From Basidiobolus meristosporus CBS 931.73 (taxonomy: Eukaryota; Fungi; Basidiobolomycota), in assembly GCA_002104905.1 (NCBI GenBank), contig MCFE01000213.1, positions 1 through 64,000 on the forward strand: a DNA stretch of 64,000 nt, given 5' to 3'. Positions 12,117 to 25,449 of this stretch are shown piece by piece. The notes beneath the pieces were generated by a model. The model was not told the DNA's origin. It worked only from the letters and a program-made list of their open reading frames with translations, and did not search any database. Position 1 is the first letter of the stretch. Every line of letters starts with the position of its first letter. The position numbers and the translations under genes are program-made.

Positions 12117-13208
12117 TTAGTTACAGGTGGTTAGCCCAGCCTTCGGCAAATCCTCAACTAGCGAGTTTAAACCTCCTGACTGAGCCAATATCGTCGAGGG
12201 TGAAGAAGAGCCTTGCATCATCTTCGAAAGGTCGAATTCCAAATCATCGATCATATCGTTGTCTTCCTCCTCACTAGCATAGTCGTAGAGGTCATATATC
12301 GACATGCGGTACATATCTTCTTGTGTCTTACTTGTGAGGAATTGGAGAAGAGACTCGGCATCGTGGGATAAGGCCAGATCACAGGGAGTGGTGGGGAGGT
12401 TTGATGCAAGTTCACATTCCGGTGCAGCGCTGAGATTTCCAATAGTATCAATATCTGGGCGCTGTTGGTTCGAGTACTCATTAAGAGTTGCCAGTGTCAG
12501 AGCCCGGACTTGATCTTTGGCAGACCCAGTTCTAATCGGTGGAGTGTTCAGAATCTCGCGAGCCAGTTGGGTACCAGCAGATGGCTTTAGAGAGAACGAA
12601 TCATTTGATCGGGTTTTGGAGGATTTATGACTTGCGCTGGTATCCTTCAGTCTCTGTGTGTATGATAACTCTTTCGCGGGGTTCTCAATTGCAAACGCCT
12701 TGACATTGGAACTCGCCATGATAAGGGTAGGTGCGGAGATCTTATCTTTGCTGACTTTCCTGCCAAGTAATTTCAATTGGAACTTATCGGACATCTTCCG
12801 CATCTTTGAGTTTTTACGGGTAGGATTCCCTGGAGAAACTAGTGGTGACCTCTCTAGTGGTGAGGCTGTGGGGAGCTCAGGGCCTTTGGTGTCTGATACG
12901 AGTTCCGATTTAGGGGTCTTAACTTCCTTAAGAGAGACTTTTATACCCTCTTTGTTTTTGACCAATGTTTCATCATATGAAACTGAGCGTATACTTTTTG
13001 AAATTTCAGATTTCCCTCCTGAGCTTAATACTTTCTCATCTCCATCGGTTTCACTTGGGACGGAATTAGGGCGGCGCCTTCTTGATAAGCGAGTTCGAAA
13101 CTTTGTCGGAATATAAAAGGAGGACAATGACAACGCGGCGCAAGATGCCTCAACATCGTCCGTTTTAGGAGCGAGCGAAAGAGTCTGCACGGTATCTTTG
13201 GCCATCAT
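12117..13208 (-). CDS. Hypothetical Ser/Lys-rich, probably disordered protein (~363 aa)
   Basis: Long open frame whose first ATG is at 13208 (the track's GTG extension is not adopted). Low complexity with an acidic YDYASEEEDND patch; no domain recognised. Confidence 0.7.
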   Translation of the reverse strand: MMAKDTVQTLSLAPKTDDVEASCAALSLSSFYIPTKFRTRLSRRRRPNSVPSETDGDEKVLSSGGKSEISKSIRSVSYDETLVKNKEGIKVSLKEVKTPKSELVSDTKGPELPTASPLERSPLVSPGNPTRKNSKMRKMSDKFQLKLLGRKVSKDKISAPTLIMASSNVKAFAIENPAKELSYTQRLKDTSASHKSSKTRSNDSFSLKPSAGTQLAREILNTPPIRTGSAKDQVRALTLATLNEYSNQQRPDIDTIGNLSAAPECELASNLPTTPCDLALSHDAESLLQFLTSKTQEDMYRMSIYDLYDYASEEEDNDMIDDLEFDLSKMMQGSSSPSTILAQSGGLNSLVEDLPKAGLTTCN

Positions 13209-16200
13209 AAGATCAAAAGAGAGTTGGAAAATACTATAGACAACGAAAGAGCGCGATGCAATATTTAGAGGAGATGGCCATGAAACGTGGAATCCTTTGA
13301 ATGCAGAGTATTTGGCAAGAAACTTTACATTTATATGGGTAACCGAAACCTGTATTGCAAACTTCACCAAATGTCGTGCAACCGTTCTGTTCCTCACCAC
13401 ATCAAGCTACCATCTCGGGTGTACAAAACTGTGTCGAGCCAAAAGAGTAATCCGAGAATAAGATCAATTTATGAATACCTCATGTACTCCTGTATATATC
13501 AAATTCAGCAATGAGCACCACTGAACAGGTCAAATGTGGGGGGAATCTTCGGAATATTAACTCAGCCATTGGCAATGAATGAGTAATTATCGAAAACGTG
13601 GCGAATCCGATGAAAAACATGGGAAAAGCCCATTTGCTCGGGGGCAGCTGCCACCATGATCTAGAAAATCTCGGGGGAGCAGGCAAGTAGCATGGCCTAC
13701 CTTATTAGGATCGCTCGGAAGTCAAGTCCAGGTCTTGGAGGGACTGATCCAATTTCATTAGTACTCGCTCGTATTTAGCATTGACCGATAAACTCATCAG
13801 AGAATACCGGAAATCAGTTGGCGATTGGAAATTGCATCACCCAGGCTGTGTCACCACTGTGGAATATGGTGAAGGAAAAGAGCAACTTAATCAATACATA
13901 CCTCTCTTTCTTCGACTCCATTGGCCAAGCTGGAAATTGTGGTCAGAGATTAAGTGCAGGGCCACTTAATCACTATTGTCGTGGCCGAAATAGGATACTA
14001 ATCGCTGGTCCTGTTTCCAATTAATTAATGCTAAAAGGGGTTTCAGCTTGGTGTTTCAATATGAACCCATTTGGAAGTGTGTGATTCTGGATTCCGACAA
14101 TTTCAGTGCTTTCTGGAATTCCTCATATGTATACCCACAGCTTCCCGTCCTCGTACCCATGATGCTGACACACGGCTCCAATTTTCACATTCCTGGTGAA
14201 CCTCAGATTTTTCGCAATAAGCGGCAAGCATATTGCTGATCCCTACCTTCCTCATGGCAGTGAGCGGTAACAGCACTTGGTACTACATACGAGCCCACTG
14301 TTTGATCTTGAGCATATAATTACAGCAATAGTTTGGGCCTTCTTGATGTGGTTTCCCCTGGTAAAGACATACTTTCCTTGATCTATTGGATGGATGCTCT
14401 GGTGCAGTATAAGCGAGCCTAAATATGAGTGGCTTTTCTTATTTGTAGTGGAAAACTCCTTTGGGTGCATAATATCACGTATGAGGATGGACTATTCGGG
14501 ATCAAAGGACTAAACCCAGATCGCCTTAACCACGCGCAGATCAGAGCGATGGTCAGTTGCATTCATTGTCCCAGCATTGCTGAACTCTAGAAGGCTGCTA
14601 CATCAAAACGGGCACCCGAAGCCGGTATGATAGGTAAAACAGATTCATAGTGGTGGATATCTTAGTATCACTAAACCTAGCAAGTTTGAAGGAGGTTTTA
14701 GTGCACCGGTCTTATATTGGATATAATTATTTCATAAACGCATCATTGGCTGCGATATTGCAATTAATGATGTGCAGCAGTACCATCGCATTATGATAGA
14801 TGCTGCTCCTGTATCTGCTGGAGAAGTGATGGGTAAATACTGGTGTATTCCGTATGTTGAATCCTACCTGTGCTATCCTTTCATAGGCAAAATCTTGAAT
14901 GTATAGCCCAAAATAGACAATCGAATCAATATTACAAGTGGCCAGACCCAGCGGGTTTCTTTCGAGGCGTCTTGTTTCATTGGCAAATCTTACTCCGTTT
15001 ATCAATATTAATATTTGAGAATGGAAATTTGGCTCACGGCGACACTGTTCCGGATATGAGATAGGTCTTCTGCCAAACTCCTGATGTTGGGAATTTACCT
15101 CTTTGGTGATATGCACAAAACGAGCTTCAAAAGCTTGATCTAATCTCAGCGATGGTGGGAGAGAGGTGAAACTTAGAACGCAAGCAGACCCTATACGGGA
15201 AGGCCGAATGCCTATGGATCTGTCTACATCAATGCCTAAAGCACACCAAATGTATTACTATGGTATGAAATTGGATTTGAAGTATGGAAACTCTTGCAAA
15301 AAAATACAAATAACCCGGCTTCATAACAAAGCCGTTTGTTGTGGATTTCAATTTAGCTCTAATAATTGATGTGGATGTAGTGTGATGAGTGATAATGCTC
15401 TTCCCTCACCCTTGACAACCCCTTGATAAAAGTGCGTAAATGTATCCCATGCCTGCGAGGCGTATTCAACAATTGTTGGCAAGTACCGGTGCGAGCATAG
15501 CATCAGCTTGCCAGTGTGTTCATCACCCTACTATTGTGATGTAATTATCACACTTTGAATGCACAGAAACCGGCTCGATCGACTAAGAATTGGTGGTGTG
15601 GCGGTGATACCCTTTATTCTAATTTAGCTATATAGACTCCAGCGGCATATGCAGTTCAGTTTTTTCTGTGGGTGATGGGTTTAGGATAGCACTAAGTTGA
15701 GGGTAGCCTTCTTGAATAAAAATCTAACCAGTGCCTTCACACTGCTTGTGCCGTATATTGTCAGCATTGCGCCTTATCACTCATGAATGTAATTTCTTTG
15801 TGAAGTTAGTGGAAGTATAGTATGAGCATTGTGGAATCTACTCGTTTCATAGGAATTAATTTCAGGATTTGATACTAATTTCTAGGGATTGCAAAAATGC
15901 TGTAGAGCCAGATACTCTGTAAAGATTTGTCTGAAAGTCCTGAATAGTTGTCCACCCTTTCCATCACCCTGTGTAGATCGCTATGCCTTTCAGGCAAAGC
16001 CTCACTGTATTGCAAATGGCTTATTTTTACCTTGTTTTCTGGAAAGTGATACATTCTAGATGCTCATTCAAGTAAAGTCACTTCCAGATGGTTCTTTGGG
16101 GATCAAGTAAATTTGGAAGCAGAGTGTTTATCATCATCAAGGACTTTACTAGCATGGTTATTCAATGTTGATGCCAAATACACACAACCACAATCAAGTG

Positions 16201-16349
16201 ATTATACAGTGTTTTCTGTATCAAGGTATTTTAAAGTGGCACTCTGGTTCTGAAAAGCGGCTTAAGCCTTTGGTTTGTAGAGACACATGTAGAGATGGGC
16301 ACCAAGTGTAGTTTTTTTTGGCTTCAAAATCTCACTTGAATGATATATT

Positions 16350-16667
16350 GTAAGAAAAAAATCAACTAAAGGCCGGCGGAACACCATCATAATATCAGCT
16401 GAATTTCTAGTTTCTGTAAACTTGCAACTCTCAATATCTCAAGTAATTGCTATTTGGCAGACAAGCAGACATATTTTCTAATAGGAGACAAGGCTAAATC
16501 ACATTCATACCAAATTGGGTAATAAGCTGATCACTACTTCCACAAAGAATTACAACTAAAAATATGACGGAAAAACACCAGCTCAATGCCAGTAAAATAC
16601 CATTAGAATACCAGCAGAATACCGGCAGATTATCAGATGAATTCCAAGTATGAGATTTCTCATAGGG
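16350..16667. repeat. Second, diverged copy of the terminal ~300 bp of the 3336-7297 element
   Basis: Collinear shared blocks: GCAGACAAGCAGACAT (7120/16457), TACTTCCAC (7197/16535), ATGAATTCCAA (7267/16637) and CATAGGG (7291/16661). Confidence 0.85.
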
Positions 16668-18447
16668 TATTTGCGGATCAGCTTAAATTCATTTTTGGTT
16701 TAATTTCGCAGCTTAAATCTGATTAGGACTCTGCTCAGGATTATAATTTGCAAATTAGTTGGCTTCCTTTCTTACGTTGTAAGTTATATGTGTATATATA
16801 CATATATGTCCTTGTAGTTTTCTGACAAATAATTGACCATATATTATGATGACTAACTTGGTCGATTTGCTAGAAATTGATTTGTACATGGGGTTTAATT
16901 CATACCTTACTGCTTACACTTCAGAACTACCTGTGTCATTGTATGATGCGGCATCTCACAACAATTTGGAAAGTGTGAAATGATGATATATGAATATTAA
17001 GACCCAATACTAACAGATGTAGTCGCGGCAAGTGTGTTACTCCAGAATCATACTCTTGACTCACCCCCTTCAAGATGCTTTCGTCGTGCTTTTCAAGAAC
17101 ATAACGTACACACTAGAGAACTGATTGAACGGAGACGATAGCCGGACTCTGCTAATTCCATGTTTGAAATAATGATGTATGTATTGAAATAGGTTGCAAA
17201 TCTTTTTGTGCAGGCATAATGTGGAATATGGATAAGCTCTACATATTGGACAGGCTGGTAGAAGGGTAAAGGTGTGGCTTGGTTAGGGTTAAGGTTAGGA
17301 TCACTACTTGTTTGCTGAACCTTTGGTAATAAGGGTTTGTTTAGCATATTGAGCCAATCGCATGGCTGACTTGGATGAGAACGTGCCCGTTTCCCGAATC
17401 ATCCAGAGAGTGAAATGGAGTATCATCGACGTTTTCAACCACAAAAGGTATGATTCGAGGATAAACCTGAACATAGTAGCTAATATATTTGAGCACACAC
17501 TAAATGCAAGTGTAGTCACCACAATAGCATGTTTGCTACGACGTCGGACAAGAGAGGCAAACATTCAAGGCCTGAAACATACCAGAGTACAATAAGCAAA
17601 GCTAATTAACTATTTGCCCAAGAGGATCCGAGTAGTGCGAAATCAAAGACATTTGACTCGACTCTTGTATGCTAATGTAGCAGAAGCATAACAGGTTTCC
17701 CAAATGTTGTAACCATGACAACAGTGTATCAGGAGCCTACAAAATACCACCAGCTAAGATTCCGATGGAGTAGTGGACGAGGATATTCTGCTGCTCATAC
17801 TCTGATGTTTGTCCAACGTTGATAATATCCATCACCATGGTATGCATACTGTTGTGCGGCATTTAGGTTTCAGAGGTCGGTAAGAGAATGGTCTAGTGTG
17901 GCTACTGAAACCGGAAGCAACCTCAAATCAACAAAAAGAACACTTGCATTGTCCTCCACACCGAATGGCTACTGCGCCTAATAACAAATATCTACTGGGC
18001 ATATTTGGACTGTTTTGATTATTAACCTGCTCCGTCTGTAAGATGGCTATTTCCAAAAACGTGGATCGAGTTCCAGTTGAGTCGTGGCGAAGGTTATTTA
18101 TGGAAAAATGGGCATTTTCAAAGTTTGTATGCTATATGGTTAGACCGCAAACGACAGGAGGATACACCACAATTTGAAGGATATTATGACGCAACACTTC
18201 TGAACAAGAATACCATATACTGACTTGGGTGCATGTGAAAACCCCGCTTTCGAATCTTCCAATTGTACACTGCATGACAAGACGGGCCTTGAGTCATGGC
18301 CAGCAACAACAGTTGAAAATGTCCCTTGTAATGGCGCATTACTTGGCACTAGGCTGGAGCTCACAATCCAGTATTGGACATTAGGTGGGTGTGATTAACA
18401 TTTAATGCTATACAAATGGGTAGAGTATGGCCTCCCTTAAGCAAAAA

Positions 18448-19608
18448 TTAGATACATTTATATTCACTATCAGCAATCCAATCTCGTGTAAACTCTTTCG
18501 TTAGCAAGCGTCCGTGTGGCCTTGGAGACTGCTCAAGATCTAGTGGTCGTAATGGAACCTCCGGTGGAGGCGTATTTGGCGGGCCGATGTCCGACCGCAA
18601 GGGCACACTTGCACCAAAGTCATCAAAGGAATAGAATTTCGAGTCGAAGTAATGGTCCCCACGACGTGTAAGAAAGAATCTCTTGACCATCCAGTTCATG
18701 ATGCGATCGAAAGTGCGGTTGTAGTTTTCCGAGTTGTACCGAAAATGATACTGGTCAATCAGATCTTTTCGGATTTTCTTCCACGACGCCTGTATCGATG
18801 GGTCAAAAAGAAACACCGCCAGGTTCATAAAGCCTTGAGTCGAATTGAGAATCATGGCAATGTAGAGCGCCAGCTCAAGGTCCTCCTTCGGTACGAATCC
18901 AACCAGAATAAACGCCGTTTGACTGATCACCGGGACGGTGGGGTAGAGAATGATCCGGGCCACTCCGTGATGCAAGAATCGCTTTGCGCGCCGAAGCTTA
19001 ATGGTGTCCCCAGAGGCATCTGCTGGATGGTTCTTCAGCAGCTCGTTTTTATGCTTCAGAAGCTTGACACACACAGCGGTGATCGAGAGAGAGCAAACCA
19101 CCTCACCCAAAATAATCCATAGATTGTGAGTCATCAGCTCCCATGCCGTGATGTCTGCTTTATCGTACCAGCAGCTGTTTATATTCGGGTCGAGGGTGAA
19201 TTTGTCGAAGATCACAGGAATAATACTGATCCCTAGCGCCAGAAGTATGCTGGCCGCAAAATAGCATTTCTCAAGAAAATGCGGGTCTCGCATGCCAAAT
19301 ATGAACACCATTAGTAGATTGATGCCGATGCAGACCGTAAGAAAAATGAACAGCAGGTTGGAGAAAACAATCAGCCATACAGTGAATCGACAGTAAGCCC
19401 CAGGACTTGTGACCTTTGGCTTCTCCATGGACGCCGTATGAAACAGTATGTCAGCTACGGCAATACCGCATGTCAAGTGCAGTGATACTCTTTGAGTGAG
19501 GTCACGCCTATAAATCCGCATCAATAGAATGGCTAGTAGGATCAAGCATGCGCTGGCGAGTGAGAACGCGTTCAGCACTGTTGAAACGAGAGCGTAACCT
19601 TCAAGCAT
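18448..19608 (-). CDS. Seven-transmembrane receptor, cAMP-receptor-like/Git3-like fungal GPCR
   Basis: Intronless ~386 aa ORF with seven hydrophobic segments, extracellular cysteines (YCRF, NSCWY) and RIILYP at TM6. First ATG is at 19608. Confidence 0.8.
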   Translation of the reverse strand: MLEGYALVSTVLNAFSLASACLILLAILLMRIYRRDLTQRVSLHLTCGIAVADILFHTASMEKPKVTSPGAYCRFTVWLIVFSNLLFIFLTVCIGINLLMVFIFGMRDPHFLEKCYFAASILLALGISIIPVIFDKFTLDPNINSCWYDKADITAWELMTHNLWIILGEVVCSLSITAVCVKLLKHKNELLKNHPADASGDTIKLRRAKRFLHHGVARIILYPTVPVISQTAFILVGFVPKEDLELALYIAMILNSTQGFMNLAVFLFDPSIQASWKKIRKDLIDQYHFRYNSENYNRTFDRIMNWMVKRFFLTRRGDHYFDSKFYSFDDFGASVPLRSDIGPPNTPPPEVPLRPLDLEQSPRPHGRLLTKEFTRDWIADSEYKCI

Positions 19609-20099
19609 TGTCAATCAGTACTTGTACAGGTACTTGATGTACAGCAAAACTGGGCGATGAAACAGCTGGTCGCCTCCTAGGAGAGAATTCGAACCTACCA
19701 AACAGAATAAACTCTTAAGAGACAAATGCGAAACCCGGCTAGATATACTGGTCATCAGCGTGAGAAACATAGATGATCAAAATCTATGCAATCGCAATTA
19801 ACGAGAGAAACTCCAGGTGTATTCGGTGGTGACTTGGCAAATAGAATAGATGTGCACACATATATACACGGATGTATGTTGCAATGTACGAACCGTATGT
19901 GCTACACATCTCCCTGGATTGCCACAAGAAGCAGCGCAACTGGTATGGATTTACATGCAACGCTAGACACCCAATAATACCATTTCTTCGAATTGATATT
20001 AGATCAAGATGTTGTTTGTGATTAAAATATCACAGCAATGGCGAACTTGGTATACTTGGTAAACAGGATACGCTTACTTTAATATCACTCTCCAGCCAG

Positions 20100-21450
20100 T
20101 CAACAACTTCCAGGAGCTTCCAAAATCAAGTTTTTTCCGGACTCCGGCTCTGGCTACCTCAAGCCGCCAATACCTGAATGGGTCCTTCAATTTAGGTGAC
20201 GGTGAAATACTTGAACAGAAGAGAGAATAAGGGTCCAATGTGGCTGTATAAATCAGCCTGATTATCATACTAAAGGTTGGTGATTCATCAGCTGGGCGGG
20301 CATTCTACAAATCATCGTCTGTTTGTTCCAAATTGCTCCTCAACAAGGGGATTCATTTTTAGTTTGAGGGTTTCATCCAACTAAGATCATCCCGACTTTG
20401 CGGGCGATTTTTCTCGCTCCTCAGTATCGGACCTCGTCCGAGAGTCGTGGGGATAGGGGTGATCGGGCAGCCCCAAACGTGTAGCTATTATCGGGATATT
20501 GTCATCAGAATAGCTCCACAACCCAACTGCAGACACTGCCAATCGAGAGGTCGATGGAAGCTTATGTACACCTCGAGGTGTAAATCAAACTGTCTGGAGT
20601 GGTACCATGTATTGGATTGCCATACAAGTTGGGCACGAGTAGCTCATATTCTCCCTTACTTCGCTTGTCAATCCACACATCGTACAAGTAGAGCGGGCGT
20701 GAGTCACAATATCATGCCACAGTTGATACGGACAACTATATTATCGTGCGTCAATCCCCCTTTGGGTTACGGTAAGCTTTGATGCTACTTATGGGTCAGC
20801 TCGCATCACATACCCTTCATGAGAAGGAACCCTGCTCAACCGTTTGCCAGTCGAAGATGCACAAAGCCCCACTTGGATACCACAATTTTCCGAGCCCAGG
20901 TATAATTTGTAGAATCCAGATTTCTCAATAACATATAACGACTTTCAATAGTTCGGCAAGTCAGGAAGCTATTTGATTCTCAAGGATTGTTTTGGTACGA
21001 CCCATATATATTATACATGGTCACGTACAGAGTCGTATCAGCTTGTTCGCCCCGTTAGGGCCAGAGGTAGCACAGCCCAAGTATTTACCCTGTTAAGGGT
21101 GGTGCAAGATGATTCATGCCTCTATTGTCGTGATCCGAAATCATTGGTGCTGCCTCTTAGTTGAAACAATCATACGTTTAGTTTCCAACAGATCTTCGTT
21201 GTTAGATTCTTGCCAGAATGATATTCAGATATCGCTTTCGCACCTTAGGCTCATTCCTGATACTCTCTTGATACTCTATTCTCCCTGTGCTCTTGTCAAC
21301 GTGTGGACCGTAATTCAACGCATGTCAAATTTGGTTCAATTACACAACAAACACGGTTATTCGGATGTAACAAACGCAGCCTGTACCTGGTTAAACAGGG
21401 TGTCTAGACTTCACGAGCGGGTACTTATATGAGGGCAAAGAGGTGAGTTT
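20100..21450 (+). mobile_element. Decayed L1/Tx1-like non-LTR retroelement relic (RT thumb to C-terminal Zn-finger region)
   Basis: Motifs occur in the expected order across frameshifts: AGRAFYKSSSVCSKLL (cf. GR...SKL), PRPRVVGIGVIG (cf. P..GGLGVID), RGRWKL (cf. AL..RW), DDSCLYC (cf. C-x2-C), then VNVWTV. Confidence 0.5.
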
Positions 21451-21692
21451 TTGGCCTCCGCTTCCGAAACCAAAAAACCTCGGTGGTATGTTTCAGACGA
21501 GCCTTTTCCAATGCCATCCATAGACTCCTGACATAATCATCCCCTATGTTTGCCATTGAGGAGAAATTTTGGCCAACGTCCATACTTTCCTCATTGATCT
21601 AATTTATTTGGATTTCAGCATTTCCAAATATAACGCCGGGGCTCTGACATGTCACCTCGCCTAGCATGTATTATTCTAACTTCGTATATTGT

Positions 21693-22881
21693 CTAAGCTC
21701 TGTTGCCGCGAACTAGAGTCACCATAAGTGTGATATCATCGATTTTTCTAAAAACACTCCTCAGTTAGTCGAATTGCACAGATTGCACACCACCTTTACC
21801 TACCCTCCAGTTTGGTTGCGAGCTCCTGCTGCACGTGCCCCTCTGGCCCAGGGTGAGATTCTTCTTCTATCCATAGCGAACTTCTTCGCAGCGAAGGTTA
21901 ATGTCTCAGATAATTTCTTCACCCCTGCTAGTACCACCTGATCTGTAGCATCTTTCTCCAACTGCTTCATTTCAGTGTTGATCAACTTGGTGAGAGAAAG
22001 AGTGTCTTTATCGAAGACGTTGTCGAAATATCCATCAGTGCCTAAGATTACAAGGTCATTTTCCTCCAGTTGATGCGAACCGCGAAAAGCTTGTGATGGC
22101 TCATCTAGGCAGTAACTATCCCGGTCAGGGTCGTCTCTCGGTAGTACAGTGAGCTGATAAGGGCAATTAAAGTAATGCTGCTGTTCCTTCGAGCGAAACA
22201 GGACTTTGTTATCTCGGATGATTAGATATGAAGAATCCCCAAGGTTGGCTGATTCCATAGCTCCGGTAGCTTTAGAGAGTGCTAGTAAGCAGGCAGTACT
22301 GCTACCTAAGTGCAGGTCATGCGGGTTTAGCTCTGAATATTGCAACATTAAGGAATTATGGAATTACCTGCTTCGACCTTTCCTTCCTCTACCAACTTGT
22401 CGTATCCCTGAGATAAAATCTCACCAGGGTGAAGAGAGGCGTTTTTCTCAAGGGAAGAGATTTCGTTACAGTTATTCATAAGGGCCCAGGAAAATTCGGC
22501 CGGGTCTACACCTGACTTGATAAACCAAGGTAAATTGGGAATCCAGCCAGAGCTGTCAACAGAAAACTAACCTCGGTCCAACCTCCAACCCCATCGGCAA
22601 CACCTTTTCCAAAGAAAAAATAGGCATTACTAAAGCACTTTGGTGTGGTGGAAAGGCGTATGGCCAAAAGATTCTATCAAAGTACCTAGCACCACCCGCT
22701 TTGGTGTGAAGCATTCAAAGAAAGCATCCTCTCCTGCATCCACTTTACCAGGAAGCTGAGGCTTTCCAGTCAAATTCACGTTAGCTCTGGGCAAGCGCTG
22801 TACCTGCAAATTTTTGACACTTCTCGGTATTTTTGGCAACCAACTACTTCCCACAAAATATCGAAAGCTAGGTGCTCTCAT
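21693..22881 (-). CDS. PTC7: PP2C-family phosphatase, PTC7 type
   Basis: Spliced model contains DAGEDAFF, GVADGVGGW, GSSTAC, ANLGDS, GTDGYFDN and a final exon GGKIDDITL with its stop at 21693. Confidence 0.88.
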
Positions 22882-23395
22882 GTTCTCTACTACACTGCAC
22901 TGTCAACCCATCAGGATTTTCATCGATTTAAATCGAGGCAAACTTTTCTGCCCGATGGTGACTCCCCCCTGTGAATCAGTCATTATGATATATAAATAAA
23001 CCATATCAAACCTCGTTCAGTCGTCAATTTACAGTGAATAGGAAATGCGATGTTTAGTAATTGGAACGGATTCCAAAAGCATGATCAGTTATTTGATGCT
23101 TCCATTCATGATTCCAAGCATCTTTTCATTTAGAGCATCCCCAATGTAATACGTTCAAGCACTTATGAGCAACCTAGTTACACCTGCTTACATAAATAGC
23201 ATATGGCGGATGTATCGACATAAATCACATGATACGTGGTGATGTTCCAATAGGATGGCAAGATTTGAGGTATTGATGACGGTAGTGTACGTATTTTCTC
23301 ATACTGATATATACTATTCACTCTGCACAATAGTTGAGTGTTTCTTTCCACCCTTTACAACCTAGAACCGCCTACTTTTCATATTTCTAAACAAC

Positions 23396-23993
23396 ATGGT
23401 CATCTTAAAGAGCTCAGATGAGGAAACCTTCCAGGTAGATAAGGAGACTGCCGAGCGTTCTATGTTGATCAAAAACATGCTTGAAGATGTTGGTGAAAGC
23501 GATATGCCCATTCCTTTACCAAACGTCACTGGCAACGTTCTTCGTAAGGTAGTAGCATTGAGTCCAACTTAACCATCTGCTAGTTACTTAGAGAATTCTA
23601 CTTTAGGTCATTGAATACTGTGAATATCATCGTAATGATCCTATCGTGGTAAAGGAAGACACAGATGAGCCAAAGCGTAGTGATGACATCGACGAGTGGG
23701 ACCGTAAATATATCGACGTAGATCAAGAGATGTTATTTGCCATTATATTGGCTGCAAATTATCTTGACATTAAGCCTCTGCTGTAAGTATATGGTTTCAG
23801 CAGCTTTGTCTTTGTTTTCAGCTAATCAGTATACACTAAATTTTGTAGTGACGTTGGATGCAAAACTGTAGCCAATATCATCAAGGGTAAATCTCCCGAG
23901 GAGATCCGTAAAACCTTCAATATTGTCAACGATTTCACTCCTGAGGAAGAGGCACAGATCCGCAAGGAGAATGAATGGGCTGAGGAACGTTAA
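23396..23993 (+). CDS. SKP1: SCF subunit Skp1, 3 exons (absent from the ORF track)
   Basis: [15 protein letters not shown]...IPLPNV...[13 protein letters not shown]|[47 protein letters not shown]. Introns at 23549-23606 and 23783-23848. Confidence 0.97.
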
Positions 23994-24531
23994 TGTCTGG
24001 AAAATGTGAATCTTCTCCGATTGTAAACTTTATTATGATTCCCCGGCTCTAGCGTAGTAGTTTATTTTTTCTTAAATAAAAGCACCCCATGTACATGGAA
24101 TTGCTGTACATCTATATAAGAAGGCGTAGTTGCAACTGTCGTGGATGGTTCACTGAGCCAGGCAGAGCAGTGTTATAAACACAGGTCAAGGGGGAGATGG
24201 GTGGTGTGACAACTGACGCCATTTTCTCATCGTAGCCTCCATAATCGGCTAGGTTTGTCGTACGGTCAAGCAGAATAACGGACTGTCCAGCAACATCCTT
24301 TATGTTGAAATATTGGCCATTATCTCCTGGGCATATTCTTGGCCGATGCATCCTCATTATGTTTCATATTCACGAGAGCCATTTTGATAAATCGAGGAGG
24401 AAACGCGAACGATATATCCGATGCATCCAAATAGTAACAATAAGGTGCTGGTGGATGTTAAATACTCACCAGGTCCACGTTGATGTTCCTAAATCTACCC
24501 AATTCAGCGGCTCTTTTGGCAATCTCAGGAT

Positions 24532-25245
24532 ATGGCTCGACTACGATTTTGGGAGCGGAAGAAAACTGCGGAGGAGGTGGAGATGAAGTTGACCGCAAAG
24601 CTCACCAATCTATTGATGGGGACCGAGCAGCCAACGAAGCCCCCAAGCCCACGCCGTGTACGCAAGCTAACCCGTCGTCTGTATGATCCGGCCACATTCA
24701 AAAAAGTGCTGGAAAACCTGAAAAAGCTCTCGTCGCCTGTGTTGCATGATCATGGCCCCACGGTTGTCGAACATCAAATCGATGACGATCCTGAGAGAAT
24801 GGTGAGAGTGACACTGTATTGGTGGGGGTACGAGATCCTGCTGCCCACTGAGTTTATCAAATGCTTGGAAAAGGAGTGGAATCGTAGTTTTATAGTCTTT
24901 TCGGCACTGGTTGCGATAGCTACTGTGGTCCCTCCTATCCAGCCGCTTGTTGGGATTATATCTGCCTACGTTAATCTATCATTTGCCTTTATTTATCGTG
25001 AAGACCACGGATTTGGGGTTATCCTAAGCGCGACATGGTAAGTATGTTGCAATGGCTCTGAATCACCACCAGGATGCTAATATGATTGCCTCAGGGCCCT
25101 TCCGTTATTGATGGTTCCGGTCGGCCTGTTGAGCGATGGGTCTGACACAGTAGAGCTCGAACGACACGACTCCGTAATTGAGATGAAAGAGATTGATCGT
25201 CTTGCCGACTCATTGATCCTCAGTAACTCAACAGAGTCACAGTGA
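24532..25245 (+). CDS. Uncharacterised YWWG-motif protein, paralogue A
   Basis: Exon 1 contains VTLYWWGYEILL...GFGVILSATW. Intron 25038-25094; exon 2 continues ALPLLMVP to the stop at 25245. Confidence 0.85.
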
Positions 25246-25449
25246 GTGCACCAACCGGTTTTGGTTTTGCTCTACACCTTTAGAATGTCCAATTTTGATG
25301 GTTTATTTACGGTATCTGAGAAATAAAACATTACAGTGAGCAGAAGAAATAGATACAATGCGTCATCCTAAGGGGCTGGTACACAGGGTTGGGCCGAACC
25401 TCCAGTGTTCTCGAGTTGTGATACGTGCAGATTTACAGGTGAATTTTGG

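Noticed and set aside
13700-15200. Possible LINE gag/RT or Harbinger relic (KPAGSG, DTKIST, VVENSFG-like words)
   Set aside because: Matches are scattered over frames and strands and are mutually inconsistent; I cannot support a call without a profile search.
17279-17300. Telomere-like GGTTAGGGTTAAGGTTAGG
   Set aside because: Only about three imperfect units at an interior position; too short for an interstitial telomere call.
17300-18100. Further RT-like relic (KTFDS, KYLLG) and the short ORFs 17304-17595
   Set aside because: Motif spacing fits poorly; neither a gene nor an element can be supported individually.
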